From assembly GCA_029560465.1 (NCBI GenBank), contig JAKQKX010000073.1:79411-143410 (forward strand): 64,000 bases of DNA. Direction: 5' to 3'. The notes under the pieces were generated by a model. The model ran no database searches. It worked only from the letters and a program-made list of their open reading frames with translations, and was not told where the DNA came from. Position numbers and translations under genes: made by a program. Each line of letters opens with the position of its first letter. Within the stretch, counting starts at the first letter, position 1. Of the stretch, positions 30,301 through 45,300 are shown piece after piece. The DNA comes from Candidatus Omnitrophota bacterium. GTDB lineage: Bacteria; Omnitrophota; Gorgyraeia; Zapsychrales; JANLHA01.

Positions 30301-33300
30301 ATGCCTATAATCCTGCCGCAACCCTAAAATCCCAGGCAAATGTATTCCTCCCCGGAATTGGTTTAGCACAAATATTAATCAGTGCTTTTGGCGGCGAATT
30401 GAGCGAAGAGGAAACGTCTTCACTAGTGCAGAATATGGCGAAAGTTTTTATAAATGGCCTTTCAGAGGTGGATAAAAAGAAGGCAGCTAGTGCTTTTAAA
30501 GATGTGCAAACGTTTGATGAACTTAAAAATGCGATTATGGGGTTGTCTTCGGGTGTAAGAAAAATTACCTTAGATGAAAATCTTTCTCCGGTTGACCCTG
30601 GATCTGGGCTTATGGTTCGCTCGATTTCCCAGGGAGGGCAGCTCTCTTTGATGAATTTATTACAGGGGGATGTTTTCTCCTCCAAGCTGAAGGGCCGGGC
30701 AGACACCCTTATGTCTATTATTGAAAGTGTCGGGTTGAATGATCTGGCGAACCTCTCTTCAGAGGATAAAAAAGCCAAGAGAGATCAGTTGGTCACCGCC
30801 CTGAAAAATGCCGGGCTTTTTGAAGGAGAAGGAAATGTTTCTTTGTTTGACCCAGCGGTTTTAAATGCCTTGGTTGCCTTGGGTTTTATGTCGCCCGAAG
30901 CCGTTGATACCATAGCATCCGGTATTATGGATACTGAAATGACGAATTTGCTGGTGAATGCGGTGGTGTCTTCCGGATTAACCGAAAGAGACTCAGAAAA
31001 GGCCGTTGCTGCTGTTAAAGGGGTGAAGACCATTGAGGAACTAAAAGCCGCCACAGAAGGTTTTTCTGGTTTTGAGGGCACGTCTTCTTTTATTGCGAAG
31101 GCTATTTATGGGGTTGATTCCCGCACCACGGAAGAATTGCCAAACGGACAAACCCGTGAAATTGCTAATATATCAGGCGGGGTCTTTTCCACCATCGCCG
31201 CTAAGTCTGAGGATGCGCGGTTGTCTAATGTTGTGAGCCTGATCACCTCTAACAAAATTTCAAACGAAGAATTGGAAGCCGCTTATAAAGCAGATTTACC
31301 TGTTATTAAAGGCGATAATTTAAATGACGAGCAAATAAAAATAAATGAAAGGAACGCTTTGGTCAATTCCCTTGTGGATCAAATGGAAGCCATGGGGATT
31401 TCTTTAATTGATTTTGTCAAAGCGGTTCAAACAGAAGGAACTTTATCCCAGCAGCTCTCCACAATGACTGTTGATACCAAAAAGCAGGCTTTGGCCGTTG
31501 CTTTGGATACAATTAAGGCGGAAAAAATAACGGCGGATGAACTGAAATCAGCGTATGAAGGCAAAGCTTCTTCTAAAGATAATAACGGTGTAGAACAAAA
31601 AGAAAGCAGCAGAACGAAATTAATAAAAGCCATTGTTTCTGATTTAAGAGACGTGGGAGCGACTTTTGCCGATGTGGCGGGGCTTTTGCAGGTTGCCGAA
31701 GGCCAAGATTTAAATCAATCTATTGATGCGAAAGCCCAGGAGCTTTTTACAAGGGATTCCTCGGTCTTCAAGGCCGCAGGGTTGATGACCAGTGGTAGAT
31801 CTTTCATTAATCAAGAAGGGCAATTGCAGTTTTCAGATGCATCTGTTTTAGGAGATTATATCCGCTTGCGGCAGGCTGGTGGGCAGGGTGGAACGGAACA
31901 GCCAGAGGGTTCGGTTGTCCGAAGCAAGGTTCTTGTGGGAGGGGTTGCTGATCTTTATACCGCGGATATTGGCGGTGCGCAGTTCCTGAAAGACACATCC
32001 TCCGGCGTATTTGAGATGAGTCCTTTTGTTATCCGTATGGATGAATTTGTTGCCCGTAATCCTAAAGTTGCGGTTTATGGTGATGAATGGGGCGCTCATC
32101 TTGCCAATGATAAAATAGAAGTGAAAAACATGGTTCTTAAGATTTCGGAAAAAGACGGAATCAAAGCCATTGATCATTATCTCACAGGACAAGAAGGCCA
32201 AATGCGTTATACGGGGGACACGCATTTAGCGGATATTATTAAGATTTCAAAGAAGGACTTGGTTAATGATGAAAAGTTGCAGCAGGCGGTAAAATATTTG
32301 GGTTTAACCATACCGGAAGAAGGCGATTTTTCTCTAGAACAAAAAGTGCAAATTCAGGGATATCTTGATGGGTACAGGGTGTCTATTTCCAGCAAGTCGG
32401 GTGATTTGGGATCTGAAGAGTGGGCTTCTAAAGTTCCTGCTGATGAAATATTGCAGAAATTCCTTGGCGGGAGCGGCATGCTTACGGATATGCCGGTTGT
32501 GACCCAGTCTGTGATTAAATACGGGGGAAATGGTGTAGAAACCATAATTGAGCAGAAAGAAATTAAGTTTGAATATAGCGATGACTCGGCTTCCAAAAAA
32601 AGCCGGCTGTCTATTGATGAAGACGGGTCGTTGCGGGTTGTTTTGGCGTCTCCGTATTCCATGCTGAAAACTGAAATGAAAGTTGATGGGGAAACAGGTG
32701 TGCCTTATATAGAGAAGATGAATGAGAAAGACCCTGTTTACCTTTTGGCCAGAATACCCGGGTTGGGGAATGAAGTCCTTGCTCCGAATAATCCTGGTGA
32801 GCAAAATGATAAAAAGACCGTAAGCTCCTATGATGTTATGCTCACTAATATTATAAAAGTCGGCGCCGCGGAATATGCTGGGCAAATGATGGATGTGTAT
32901 GCTGGCAACATCAATGGCGATATTGAAACCGAAACATACACGGCCAAAGGGAAAGATGGGGCTGTAAAGGAGACATACGCGGCTCCTCTTCCGGCAGATA
33001 AGAATGACCGTTATCGGAGAATCAGTTTTCTGGCGATGCCGTTCCTATACGGGAATTTTGGCACTAAAGATAACCCGGTAGGCATGAATCAATCCCTCCA
33101 TAGTTTTTATATTGAAAACAATGTTTCTGATATGGTGGCCGGAGCAACAGCGGCATATTCTACGCAAGATCCAACCGAAAAAGGGCCTGGAACGGTTTCG
33201 ATGAATTCCAGGCAAAGAATTTTGTCCAGGGCCGGGCTTTTGCCGATTAATCGTATTTTATCATCAAACGGCACTATCGTTTCGCGTTTTCTGGGGAATG

Positions 33301-36300
33301 GGGCTTTAACTATTATTGACGGCGTGGTTTCCACGGTGGATGGAAGTCAAACATACTTGATTGCGGAAAGCGTCCCGGGCGTAGCAAGGGATTTGAAAAA
33401 AGGTGAAGAGTTTCAATTAGATGTTTTGGAATCTTCGGATGATCGCGATGGTATGAAGCAGTCTTATGCGTATGATTATAAAGTGACAGATACCTGGGAG
33501 CAGATCGGCTTCGAAGAAGGCGGGAGACAGGAGTATGTGGCAGCGCATCGTTATACCGGACGCACTAACGATGAGACAAATAGGGGAAAAATATTAGTGC
33601 TGGGCGCCGCCTCTGGATTGATGACAGCGAAAGGGAAAGAAAAAGGGATCCCTGAATATCTTAAATTGAACAAAAATGGCGCCACGGTTTATGGGGATTT
33701 TGAGATATTCGCCGATGAACAAACCCCGGCATGGGTTAGAGAGCATTACAAAGATGTCGGCGGCGTTATTACCTTCCAATGGGCGGCTGATGGAGATATT
33801 GCGAGCAGCCGCATGAAGGCTTCGGAAGGGGATATGTTTGTCGAAGAGAATATTTTTAGTGTTTATAATATTGATAAGTCGCTCGCTGAGGCTGTTGAGA
33901 GTTTAGGCGGGTTGGAGAGTTTGGATGCGAGGGATGCCGATAAAATCGTGGCGGCATTGAAAAAAGCAGGCGTTAAGGGTGTAACTAAGCAAGGCTTACA
34001 ACTTGTTATGCGCGGAAATTCGGCGGGTATTGAAGCGAAGCTGAAGAACGCCGGTATTAAAGTAGAAGAAGGTAGCGTACAGGCCCCCGCTTTAACGGGT
34101 TCTGGTTTGTATGAATCGGCTACAGTGTATTATGATTCGGTCTTAAAAGGATTCAAGCACCGTGCGACAGATTTTGTTGTTGATGGTAAAAATATAGAGT
34201 CTGGACATGTTTTTGCTTTGGGTCAGCCAACGGCCGAAGGAATATATGTTATGACAGGGGCGACTCATATCCCGGGAGTTGCCGGAAGCTATTATGCCAT
34301 TGGTCCGACCAAGAAAGAAGCCGGGTTGCCTACACATTTTTATTTTTATGATTCTGAACGTGAATATAAAGCAGATGGCAAGCTGTATAAATCCCCAGAT
34401 TCAAAAGGTTTTGTGGGTATTACGATTAGCCCGGACGGCCAGAAGGAAGGCGTTAATACAAAAAGCATGTATATGCAGGTTGGCGCTGATGCCTCGGTTG
34501 GGTTGGGCAAGTCGTATATGAGGGGTTTATTCGACTTGGCTGCCAAGAGGGAGCAGTTTGATGAGAGCAAAAATATAACAGCAGAACAGGCAGTGGCGAT
34601 TGAGAACGGGATGGAGGCTGCGTTTCAAGACTATTCTAAATTAAGTGATGCCGAGAAACAGGGCATGAGTTTTATGGATTATATTAAGCAAAAGAAAATG
34701 CCCGCGAGTTTTTATCTTTCCTTAATTGCCATGGCAGAGGATGCGGAAATTAAAGAGTCGCACGGGGATTGGCCGGAAATGCAAAAACGGTCGCAGTCAA
34801 AAACCCCAACTTTTAAATCCGAGTTAGCCAATAAGTATTTTGGCAGCCTTTCTCCTGAAGCTAAAAAAGAACTTTTATTCAGGGCTTGGAAACGAGAGGA
34901 AGAGAGGCAAATCCCGCTGTTTTTGGCTAATGACGAATATAAAGAGAATTTTGGGAGTAATGGGTTTACTCGGTTTATTGCCAAGGTGGGTTTAAGACAG
35001 TACCAAGCGCAGGAGGCGCAGTCTGCGGCTTATACTGGTGATTTGATTGAATCGTTAGAGGCAGCAGGGGTAAGTACTATAGTAAACGGGATGACGAGTA
35101 AGGAAGAGATTGCTAAAAGCAATGATTTTCTTATTAATTCGGTTTTAGCTCCGAAACAAACTGAATTATGGCATGGAACAGGAGCAAAAGGAGAGAAATT
35201 TAATATTTATGAGAAACTTTACGGCGCGCAAAAACATGTGGCTTATGTTGATGCGGCGTTTGAAGGAGAGATGCGTTTTATTAGGGACGGAACCTGGGGC
35301 CCTGCTAATTTGACTTTTGGCATAGGAGACAAAGACGGGGATGGCATCCCAGAGGTCTTGGCTCGTATTATTGGCGGATCAGTGGACGGCACCCCGGCAG
35401 TTTTCCTTACGGATGATTCTGGGCCGCAAGGCGGCTTGTTAAGAGATAGATTTGTACGAACCTCTTATATTGATGGAGCATTACAAGTTACTAAGAGCGG
35501 TGGATGGGCGTTTAATGTGATTTCTGGGAGTGCTGTTTTACCTAGTGATTATGGGACTTTGGCGAAAACAGGCGGATTGAACCCGAATTCTTTGATAACC
35601 GGTTTGGGGCTTTCTGATTACAGGGCTGGCCTGATCAATGGTGCAGGGAAAGCTGACTCGCTTCAACAACTATCCCCGGCACAGTTGTTGAAAGTCATGT
35701 CTCTGTTTTCTCAAAAAACGTTAGTGACGGATCTCCTTACACCAGAGGAAGTCGGTAAAGATAATAAATATGTTGGCTCCATCGTTGCTCAATTTGGAGA
35801 CACATCCAAAGGATTTTCTTCATTGATGCTTGAATCGGCCGGGTTTTTCCAGCTTGTTTCCACATTAGGAGAAGGACAGATAGTCCCTGCGAATGAAGCT
35901 CTTGCAGCAGAGGCTGTTTATGACTTGCTTTTGAATGACGATTATGGGGGAGGGTATCAATATTCTTTTCAACAAAATAAGCTTGGCGCTATTATTATGC
36001 CAACCACCCTTTCATCGAAACAAGTTGTGGATGAACTTAAGGCACAATCCAAAGAAGGGGTTCTTGTTAAGTCTGAGACCGGCATGGTTTTTCTTGTTTC
36101 CCCGGAGGAGTTTAAGAATGGACAAAATAGGTATGAAAAGGGGAAGAAAAAAGGAATAGTTGTAAAAGATATAAAGACAGGAAAGGTCGCCATAATTGAT
36201 AATGACGACATGATGACCGCGTCAGATTTTTATGTCAATGGGGTAATTAATGACTATAGAATTGGCTCGGAACGCGTAGATGGAAAATGGAAAGAAATTC

Positions 36301-39300
36301 TAGGAGACTTGCCTGTAAGAATAAAGGCGTTGAAATGGGAAGAAAAGAGACCCATTGCCAAGGGGAGTACCCGTTCTGGTTTTGAGCTGACCATTAATGG
36401 CGTAACGAAACATTTAGATTCTTCCCAGGAAGTGCAAGTTTTGGTTACACTTGACGACGGCAGACAGGGGTGGGTGGATTTGGCGGATGCTTTCTCTGGT
36501 AGTTCTTCTAAAGACTGGTATGGTGGGCCAGCGACCCTTACCGATGCAGAGGGTAGAACCTTTACCAGAAGAGTGTTGTATTCTAATGTGGAAGAGCTTT
36601 TTGTGACTGCGGAAGTGTATGAAGGAAAAGATTCAGCAGGCAATGATATTGTTAGACAAATTCAGGTTCCTTATAACAAATATAAAGCGGGCCACGAATA
36701 TAAAGGAGAAGAAGGCAAGAATCTTTGGACGGGGAAAGACCATGGATGGGCCATAAGTTTTCGTAGTGCGGGGTTGGCTGGATGGGATGATTATGTGGTG
36801 CGGGTACAAACAGGAGAAAATGAGTTTACTTATATTAGAGTAGACAATAAATACGCCGATGCGCCTGTAGATGGAAAAATAGGAGACAGGTCTTTTTGGA
36901 AGGGGACTATTGATGCGCGTCCTTATTATGATGGCTTTTTCCAGGGAGTAGTAGGAAACTATGCTGTGGATGATGCGTTAGGTCTGTTTATGCGAAACGG
37001 CAAGGTGTTTTTTGCTAATTTTGATAATGAGGATGATGGCCCTATAGGCATGTTAGTTAGGGACGAAGTTCTTAATAAAGACGGGTCGGTGTTGTTGCCG
37101 GCGGGGATTGGAAGTCGTAACAGCGATGCTCGGCAATTATTTAGAGTAGGAGAATCATTACAGACAGCGGCCAACATTCAAGGGACTTTAGATGCTGTTA
37201 CAGGGATTGTTACTGTTGCCACGATTCCTTTGACGTTTGGTGGAAGCAGCGCTGTAGGCGGGGCGGCTGGAAAATTTGCTGCGAATCTTGCAACAAAAGG
37301 TCTCGTTGGGAAAATTGCGGCTGGGGCAGTTAGACTTGCCGCACAAGCTGGAAAGACGTATCTTACCAAAGGGGTTTTGGTTTCCTGGGGGTTGGGAGAA
37401 GCCTTGGCATTCGCACAGAGTGGTGAAATTAATGTTGGTCAGTCAGCTAAGAATCTGTTGCTTTTGGGTGGATTGGCCAGGGGCTTGGGCTTTGTTGGTT
37501 CTTTGGCCAAGGGCGCCACGATGGCCGAAGCCATGGCCGCCGGGTCGATAGGTACTGGGACAGCAGCCGGTGGTTTTAAGTCATTGATGATCAAAGAGGC
37601 CATTGCTGTGGGTGTTCCGAATGCGATTTCAATTATGCAGGGCAATGGTTTGTTGGCTCCGGAAACGAACATGGTTTTAGTTGCCTTAGGTTTCTTCAGT
37701 CCGGGTGGGGCCTCCATCGCCAATGTTGGTAAGAATATTTCCACCGCCGCCCGACTTGGCGCTATGTCTTTATCTGCCGGTTTGGGGTTTGTGTATTGGG
37801 GTGGCGCTTCAATTGCGTCTCTTGGCGCTTTTCACGGCAATACCCAACCGGGTTGGGATGTTATTAAGTCCGTTCCGTCTAATTTCCTTATGGGTTTTGG
37901 CTTCGGCGGAGCTTTTGGTTTGGCTGGCATGGGCTTTGCCAAAGCCGGACAATCTGCGTTCTTTTCTAATTTTTCAACAAATTTCCCGAGAGTATACAAA
38001 TTTTTATCTAATCCCATTACGGTAAACGCCGGAGTCGCAACCGCAGGAGCGGTTGGATTACCGACCATAAGAGGCGTTTTAAAGACATTTGAAGCCAGAA
38101 CGGTTGCGGATAAAAATTTAATGGATAATATAGGAAGTGAATTCACATTAGCCAACATGGTAACTGGAGCTTTTATTGCGTTGGCTTATAGAGGATTGGT
38201 TGGGAAGGGATTGACCAGTAAAGGGCCGTTATTAAAAGCCCCGGCAGCAAGCACAGTAGAACAAAGTGCTTTAGCGGCACAGAAAGCCGGACATACTGCC
38301 AAGTATGGAATGGATGCTGTCAGTATTAAGTATGGCTTACAAAAGATTGGGATTGGTGCCGGGATCGGTGCCAGTGCGAAAGTATTAAATACTGCGATCA
38401 AAGATATTTCTGGAGAAGATGTTAAATGGCAACAGTATGGGTTGGATGTGTTGTCCGGCGGTGCTTTAGGGGCGTTGACCGTTGCTTTTATGGTTCAGCC
38501 CAAAAATATAACAGGAACAGCGCAAGGGAGTCCGGGGTATTATTGGGCGAATCCTGAGAAGCTATTCGCAGCTATGGAACATGGGGCGGCAAAATGGGTT
38601 TATGTTTCTCCCACCTTTGAAACAATGGGGGCTTTTTGGAAAGGGGTTTCCGCGCGGATAGAGAATGCTATTTTAGGAGAAGATTCCCGCTATGCCAAGC
38701 AAACAGGAAAAGAAATGCCCTGGTTCGCGGTGGAAAATGTGGATGAAGAAGGCAAGTTTAAAAATGAAGACAAAAAACTGATTTCAGTTTTTAGAGATGA
38801 TAAGGGGAGGTTCACACCAGATCGTTTAATAGATGCTAGTTTGCAAGGGCCGCAATCTGGTCTTTGGATGGCGCCATTGTTTGGGGCAATCCAAACCCAG
38901 GGGTTAAACGGCGGGCTTGCTCAGCGGGGATGGCAAAAAGCTCTGGCGGTTGTTCAGAACCCGTTTTCCGCCTCTCCCACGCTTATGAGTTTGGCAGAGG
39001 GCAAAGTGGGGATGGTGCTTTCGACTCTTTATCGGGACGCGTTATACATGCCGGGATTAGTTACAGGGTTAAAAGAAGTCGCGTCTTTTTCCAACCAGGC
39101 CGCGAAAGCTTGGACCGGAGAGGACTCGGTTGTTGTCTTTGACGCAGCCGAGGCTTCGGGATTTGGATGGTTGGGGATGCTGGCTTTGCCGACATATACT
39201 TTACTACCGAAGCCGGTCACAAAATTGTCCTCCAGTGACGAAACTAAAAAAGAAGTTATGGAGTTGAGCGGAAAAACAGAGGCGGATATTACCGCGCTTT

Positions 39301-42300
39301 CTAAGGGAGAAGCGGGCGATGGCAAAGGTTCTTCTTCTCCTGTTGCCTATACGAAAGACGGGACCAGGATTTATTTGGTTGAGAATGCCGATGTGATTAA
39401 AAAAGGAAGAAATGTTATCGCTTATCAGCACAATGCTGGTGTTGATGGGAAGTCCATCATTGTGGCGGTATATTCCGGATCCGCGGAAGCTGCTTTGGGC
39501 CAGATATCAAAACAGCTTTCCGCCTATAACGCAGCCCAGTTTAACAGCGCCGGTGTCAAAACTGGGAAAAAGAATGTCTTCTCTTCTAAGGGAGGGTGGG
39601 TTAATAGAGTGTTTTCTCGCTTGGGGGGAGGGGAAGTCTTAGTAAATGGTGAAACAGCCAGGGGGGCTGTTGTATCTAAAATTTTAGGTATGTTCGTTGG
39701 TAAAGGTGCTAAAGCTGAAGCAAATATTTTGATCGGCAAGTATGAAAATCTTAAAGGTCAGACACCGTCACAAATTTTATTTAAATATGCAGAGAGCAGG
39801 GGGGGAAAGAGAGGGATAACGAGTGCTGAAAAGATAGCGACCGTTTATTCCTCTATTTATTCCGCAACTGCAGGTGATCGCACAGCCGTGATAAATAAGT
39901 CAAAGTTGACGTCTGGGCAGAAAGAGGTGTTGAAGAGCATGTTATCTGCTTATGATCGTGTGCAGGCTGATCTTTCCTCGGTTCAAAGCACCAGTAGATT
40001 TTTTAGAAGTAAGAAAAGCGCGGCTCTTCAGAGTGTTTTGCTCTCCATGTTGGATATAAACGACTCGATCCTGAATCCTACCAATCCATATGGGAGCAAG
40101 AAAGGGTTGGAAGTGAGACCAGAGCAGGTGGCGGTCCAGATTTTGACTGAGAAAGCCGGCCGTATGCTCGGCGGTGAAGTTTCGCTTGGTAAAACAATCG
40201 CCACAATAAGCGGTATTTTGCAGGATATAAGGGGTGGCCGTGTTTCTTCTTCTAAAGGGAAGACTGTGGTTATTGAATATATATTGAGAGAAGACTTAAT
40301 AGGGCGGTTAAATATAGAGGCCGCCCAGGGGACATTAGATATTTTGAGCGGAAAGGGGAAATTAGGTCTCTCAAACGGAAAAATAGTTATCCGTGACGGC
40401 AAGAATGCGGGCAAAGAGGTTAAAGTTAAGGTTAAAGTTTTTGAGCCACCCACAGAAGGGTCGGCTAATGCCGAACAATACAAAGATTTAGTCGATGTCA
40501 GTGGTGCAGTGGATGCTTCTGGCCGCCGAAGATTTGCTTTTGCAGACGCTAGCCCGGTGGAAGCGGGCGACATTGTTCTGGCGATTCTGGGGCCGAGAGC
40601 ATTTCAGCACAGAGAGTTAGGAATGAAGTATCATTTTAAAGGCGCGCCTAAGAAAGGAATGTTTGGGGCAGGCGAAGGGGTGCAATGGACCCGAGTTAAG
40701 GCGTATGCGGATGATATTGACCGTTTGGTCGCGGAACCCGGGATGCGTTATGCCGGCCGTATGAATATGTCGGCGTTGGCGGATGCGGGATTGAATAAAG
40801 AAGCTTTGGATGGTTTAGCGGAACTGTTGCTGGGGGTATATACTCGGTATGATGCGGCGAAAGGCGGCAAGGTAGGAGGAAACAAAGAAGAAGCCGCCAT
40901 TGGCGAAGCCATGGATCCGGCTTTAAAGCTTTTGGATCCTTCTTCAAGAAAAATATTGCAGACTGCCCAAATTCAGCAATTATATGGACAATTAGTAAGA
41001 GAATTTTATGACAGCGTTACCGGGCCTAACGGAAAAACTAAATTGGTGGCTAACAAGAAAACCCAGTTGTTGGAGAAATTGTTAAATATATCTTCGGAAT
41101 ACCGGGATTTCTCCAAGGCCATGGGAAAAAGGCAAGACGCGGCTTTGCTTTATCTGACGCAGAGTTGGGCTCAGGCGACGTCTGGAACAAAGGACACCCC
41201 TGGCCTTTATAAAACAGGGCGGGATGTGTTCAGTTCTTTCATAGATCGGCATGTTTCTGATTGGGGCGAAGGGTTGATTCTTAATATGGGCGGCGGCGGG
41301 CTTCGTAATCCGGGAACTATGCCCGGGCATAAGGGTTTGGAAATTATGCTGGTCATACGTATGATACTTGAAACAAACCCGAAGAATCAGTCTGCGGAGC
41401 TAAAAGAGTACGTAAAGTATCTTGAGGAAAATATGGGTGTTACGCCGCAGACAATCAAATTAAATACAAAGGCCGGTAAAGCGGAAGCTGTGCAGTATAT
41501 TGTTAACGCCATGGCTTCCACCTCCCAGTTTGATATGAGTTTTGGGGAAGCTTTGCGCGGGAAAGCCGGAGGGGTAAAACCATGGAAGTATCTTGTGGGG
41601 CTTACCGGGACCCCGAGGTCAGCGAAAATAGGGTTTAGTGAATTAGGTTTGGTGTCAGCCATTGTCAGCCAGAGAGCGCCCTTGAGAACCGATTCTCAAC
41701 AAGGGCAGGTGGCTCGTGCGGATGTGGTTGCCTTGACCGGAAAACAACCGGGCAAGGGCTGGGAAGGGATTTTTACAAATAAGAATTTGAACGATAGCCA
41801 ATTGTATTTTGTTGCAAATGCCAAAGACGCAATTAAGGCCTCTTCTCTTCCTGATAATGTAAAGCTCAAACTGATAAGTTTGGCGGAAAAAACCACCACC
41901 TTAACGTTGGCAGGAAAGGAAGGGGTCGTTGGTACTTTAAAACAGAAAATTCAATATGTGGTTAAATTAGCTCAAGGTCTGGAAAAAATTAATGGAGAGG
42001 ATCGTTCCGGGTCCCGGGTTATTTTGGTGTCCCCGTCTGGCGACACCGAGGCGGCCATGATAAACAAGACCTTTAAAAACATGAAAGGGGTTGAGGTTAT
42101 CGGAGTCGGGTTCGGTAGCGACAAGGGTTCCCGTGATGCGGTTATAGAAAAAGTTACGGAGAGAGTCAAAGGCATGACAAAAGACGAGAACAAGGTTTTT
42201 CTCGTCGTAATTGCCGGCGAGTTGTCCGGGTCAAACTTAATGCCCATCGCCAAAGATTTGTCTAACGAGGGGGTCAGAGCTATCCCGGTTTTTACGGACA

Positions 42301-45300
42301 TCAGAAGTGAGGCCGCTTTGCTTCAGTTTATCGGTCGCGCGAGCATGCCCTGGAACCGCTCCGGGCGTGTAATAATGGATGATATAGGGAGCATGGGTAT
42401 TTTTGATATGATGAATACCGGGCTTACGACAGATTTGAGAACAGAGATTAAAACTGTTCAGGCCCAGACGGTGTTGGATCTTTCTAAGGCCAAGGCCGAT
42501 GGAGCCTCCTTTGTTAAGCAGGCGGCAATAGTTGCTAAGGGCGAAGCGAAAGTAGAGCAGATTTTTCTTAAAGCAATTGCGAGGCAGGAAGCTTTTGAAG
42601 CCCGGAACATACGCGGGTTGATCGTTCAGAACAATTTGATGTCGGCGGCCCAGACCACGGAAATTTTAGCCATGGCTGAAAAAGCCGGTTCTGGAGACCG
42701 GACTGGACAGATGAAGGGACAAAAAATAGCGCAGTTGATTTCCAACCGTGCTGCCGAGATCGCCAGCGGTAATACCACCATGGCAAACATAGGTTTTATG
42801 CCGGTTGCGGATTCTAATGTGTTGGGTGGAAATTTTGTGGGGACAGGAGACGGAAGCATCGCGTTATCTCAAATAGGGTCTTGGACACAGAATTTAGGGG
42901 GGCAAGAATCTTTTGATGTAATCCGAGAAGGTTTCAATATAGAGGTATTAGAAGCTGGAATTGGGACGCAGACAATAAATACAAAAGGTGGGAAGGTCTG
43001 GACGATTCCCGGCTTGTCTTTCTCTTTGTTCACTCCTGCGGAGGACAGCAAGAAGCTTTATGCCGTTTATACTGACAGCACAGGAATCGTGACTTCTAAA
43101 GTTGAGCTTGATCAGGATTGGGCGGCAACGCTGAATAAAGAAGGTGGCAGTATCACAATCCCCACAGGAAACAAGAGCGAGACCATGACCCTGACAAAAG
43201 GGGCGAGAGCAGATACGTTTAAGTTGGCGTATGCCTCCACAACAGGCTTCCAAAAAGATTCTTGGACTTTAAAAGCCCAGGACGCCTATACGATGAATGT
43301 GGAAGGTTTTGGCGTCATGCCGATTGCCACGGAGCAAGATCTCCTGTCAGCCCTGAAGAGCACCGACGTGCGCAAATATCAGACAGGCGTGTTGCAGCCT
43401 GTGAGCAGACAAGCGGTTGTCGCTTTGCTGGGTGAGAAATCGATGGGTGACCTGGAAGATATTTTTGAAAAAACAGGGAATCAGGGAACAGAAGTAACCT
43501 TTACGCAAAATTATCAGGCAGGAATTGACCGGGCGGTGAGTGAAGGCACGATAGAAAAGAGCCAGGGTGACGCTTTAAAGAAGATGGCTAAAACTAAAAA
43601 GGTGGCTAATTTGAGCCGTCAGTTCCTGATGCCTGGCAGCGGTGAAGATACTGCTCAGCAGGAGCCGCGGGTGCAGAATCTTGATATAACGGTTCAGTAT
43701 AAAGGGAATAATATTTTGACTCGTAACAAGAGGGGCGGTTTGGAAATTGGGGTGACCCCGATGATCGGTAGATTTGCGAATGCGTCCACGCGTGCCCGGG
43801 CCTACCGTATGATGGCGCAAACGCTCATGTTGAACAATAATTCTCTGGGCGTGGTCAGTCTTTTAGATGCCGTGATAGCGCAGCAGACGACAAAAGAGTA
43901 TTATGGATACACAGCGGATGAAGATATTGACCAGGAAACACGGTTAGCTATTAAGCGGGCGACATTGCTTTCTTCTCGGAGCGCAGAGGCAAAGGCTCAA
44001 ATTAGTGAATATTTGTCAGCAGGTTCTGGCGAAGGGGTAGCAGAGACGGCTGGAAAACAAATTCAGCAAAAAATGGCTAATGCGACCGCCCGGAGATTGC
44101 TGTCCTCTTATGAAACCATGGTGGATATTTATGGGTATATCGCCCCCAGTTTTGTTTATAATGATGCTTATGCGCAGGATTTTGCACAACAGGTAGAGCA
44201 AATTCGTCAAGAGCAGGGAACGGACGCGGTGGCGCGGGTATTAGCGATTGCTCAAAACGCGAAGAAAATAATCAACGATGGTGTTACTCCTTTAAATTTC
44301 CGGCAGAGATATATATTAACAAAGTTGGCGGAATTGGCCGAACCGGAGAACGAATCGAAAGTCAGGAATTTGATCAGTGCGCCGGTTAGTCTGGGGGAAG
44401 GACTGTATTCCAAAGAGTCCGGTGCTGGCATAAGATTGTTATTGCCTGAAGAAATGACAGACCGGGATCAGGGGCGCGCCGCTTATAGCTCGGATAGACA
44501 TGAAGTTCAGGTTTCCATGATCAACCTTGACCTGACCGGAAAGATTAGTGATAAGACATTTTGGGGGTATGATTTTTGGCATGAGAGCGTGGATCACCCT
44601 GGCTTGGACATTACCAATACCATATTGATGACAAGAGTCAATCTGAACGAAGTCGGCGCTCAATTATTATCTAATTTAAGAATGCAGGACGCCACCCTCG
44701 CTGATACAGAAGAAGGGAAGGATTTGCGGCAGTCAACAGACGTGTTTAATAAGATTTTTGGTAATCTTATGGACATTAAGACAGTTAAGAAATTACAGGA
44801 AACATCATTGCCGGAAATGGCGGATATAGCCTTTAAGAAATATAGTCTCATCCAGCCGGAAGGCGTTAAAAGAGAATTAGAAGCTGAAAGATTTGCTTTT
44901 ACCGCTATTAATTTGATGCAGACCGCTTTAAAAAAGGGCGGAGTGGATGTTTTATATCAGCTGGACGATGAACTCAACGCTTCCAATAATAGAGAAGGGG
45001 TCTACACTCCGAATATCTTGGCTAATTATAGTGAAGCTGAGCATGGGGCAAAAATTTATGTGAAAAAAGGTGGCGTGATTGGAATGGGCAAGGAAGTGTC
45101 TCATTTGATGGCGCTTTTCCATGATGGCAACCATGCTTTAAGCGAAAAGAAAGAAACCGCGTCTCCGGGGTATATGTCCGCCAAGGTCGCTGAGTTGCGC
45201 CAGATTGTCAGTGAAATGAATGACCCGAACCTTACGGAAGCCGTGGGCAGGCTTTTGGATCGGTTCCAGGCTATAGGAAATAATAAATATGACCATCCCG

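Noticed and set aside
42000-42330. Possible vWA or Rossmann-like domain inside the giant protein ('RVILVSPSGDTEAAM...VFLVVIAGELSGSN')
   Set aside because: The pattern is suggestive of an alpha/beta fold, but no diagnostic motif (MIDAS DxSxS or a nucleotide-binding loop) could be confirmed by eye. Not reported as a feature.
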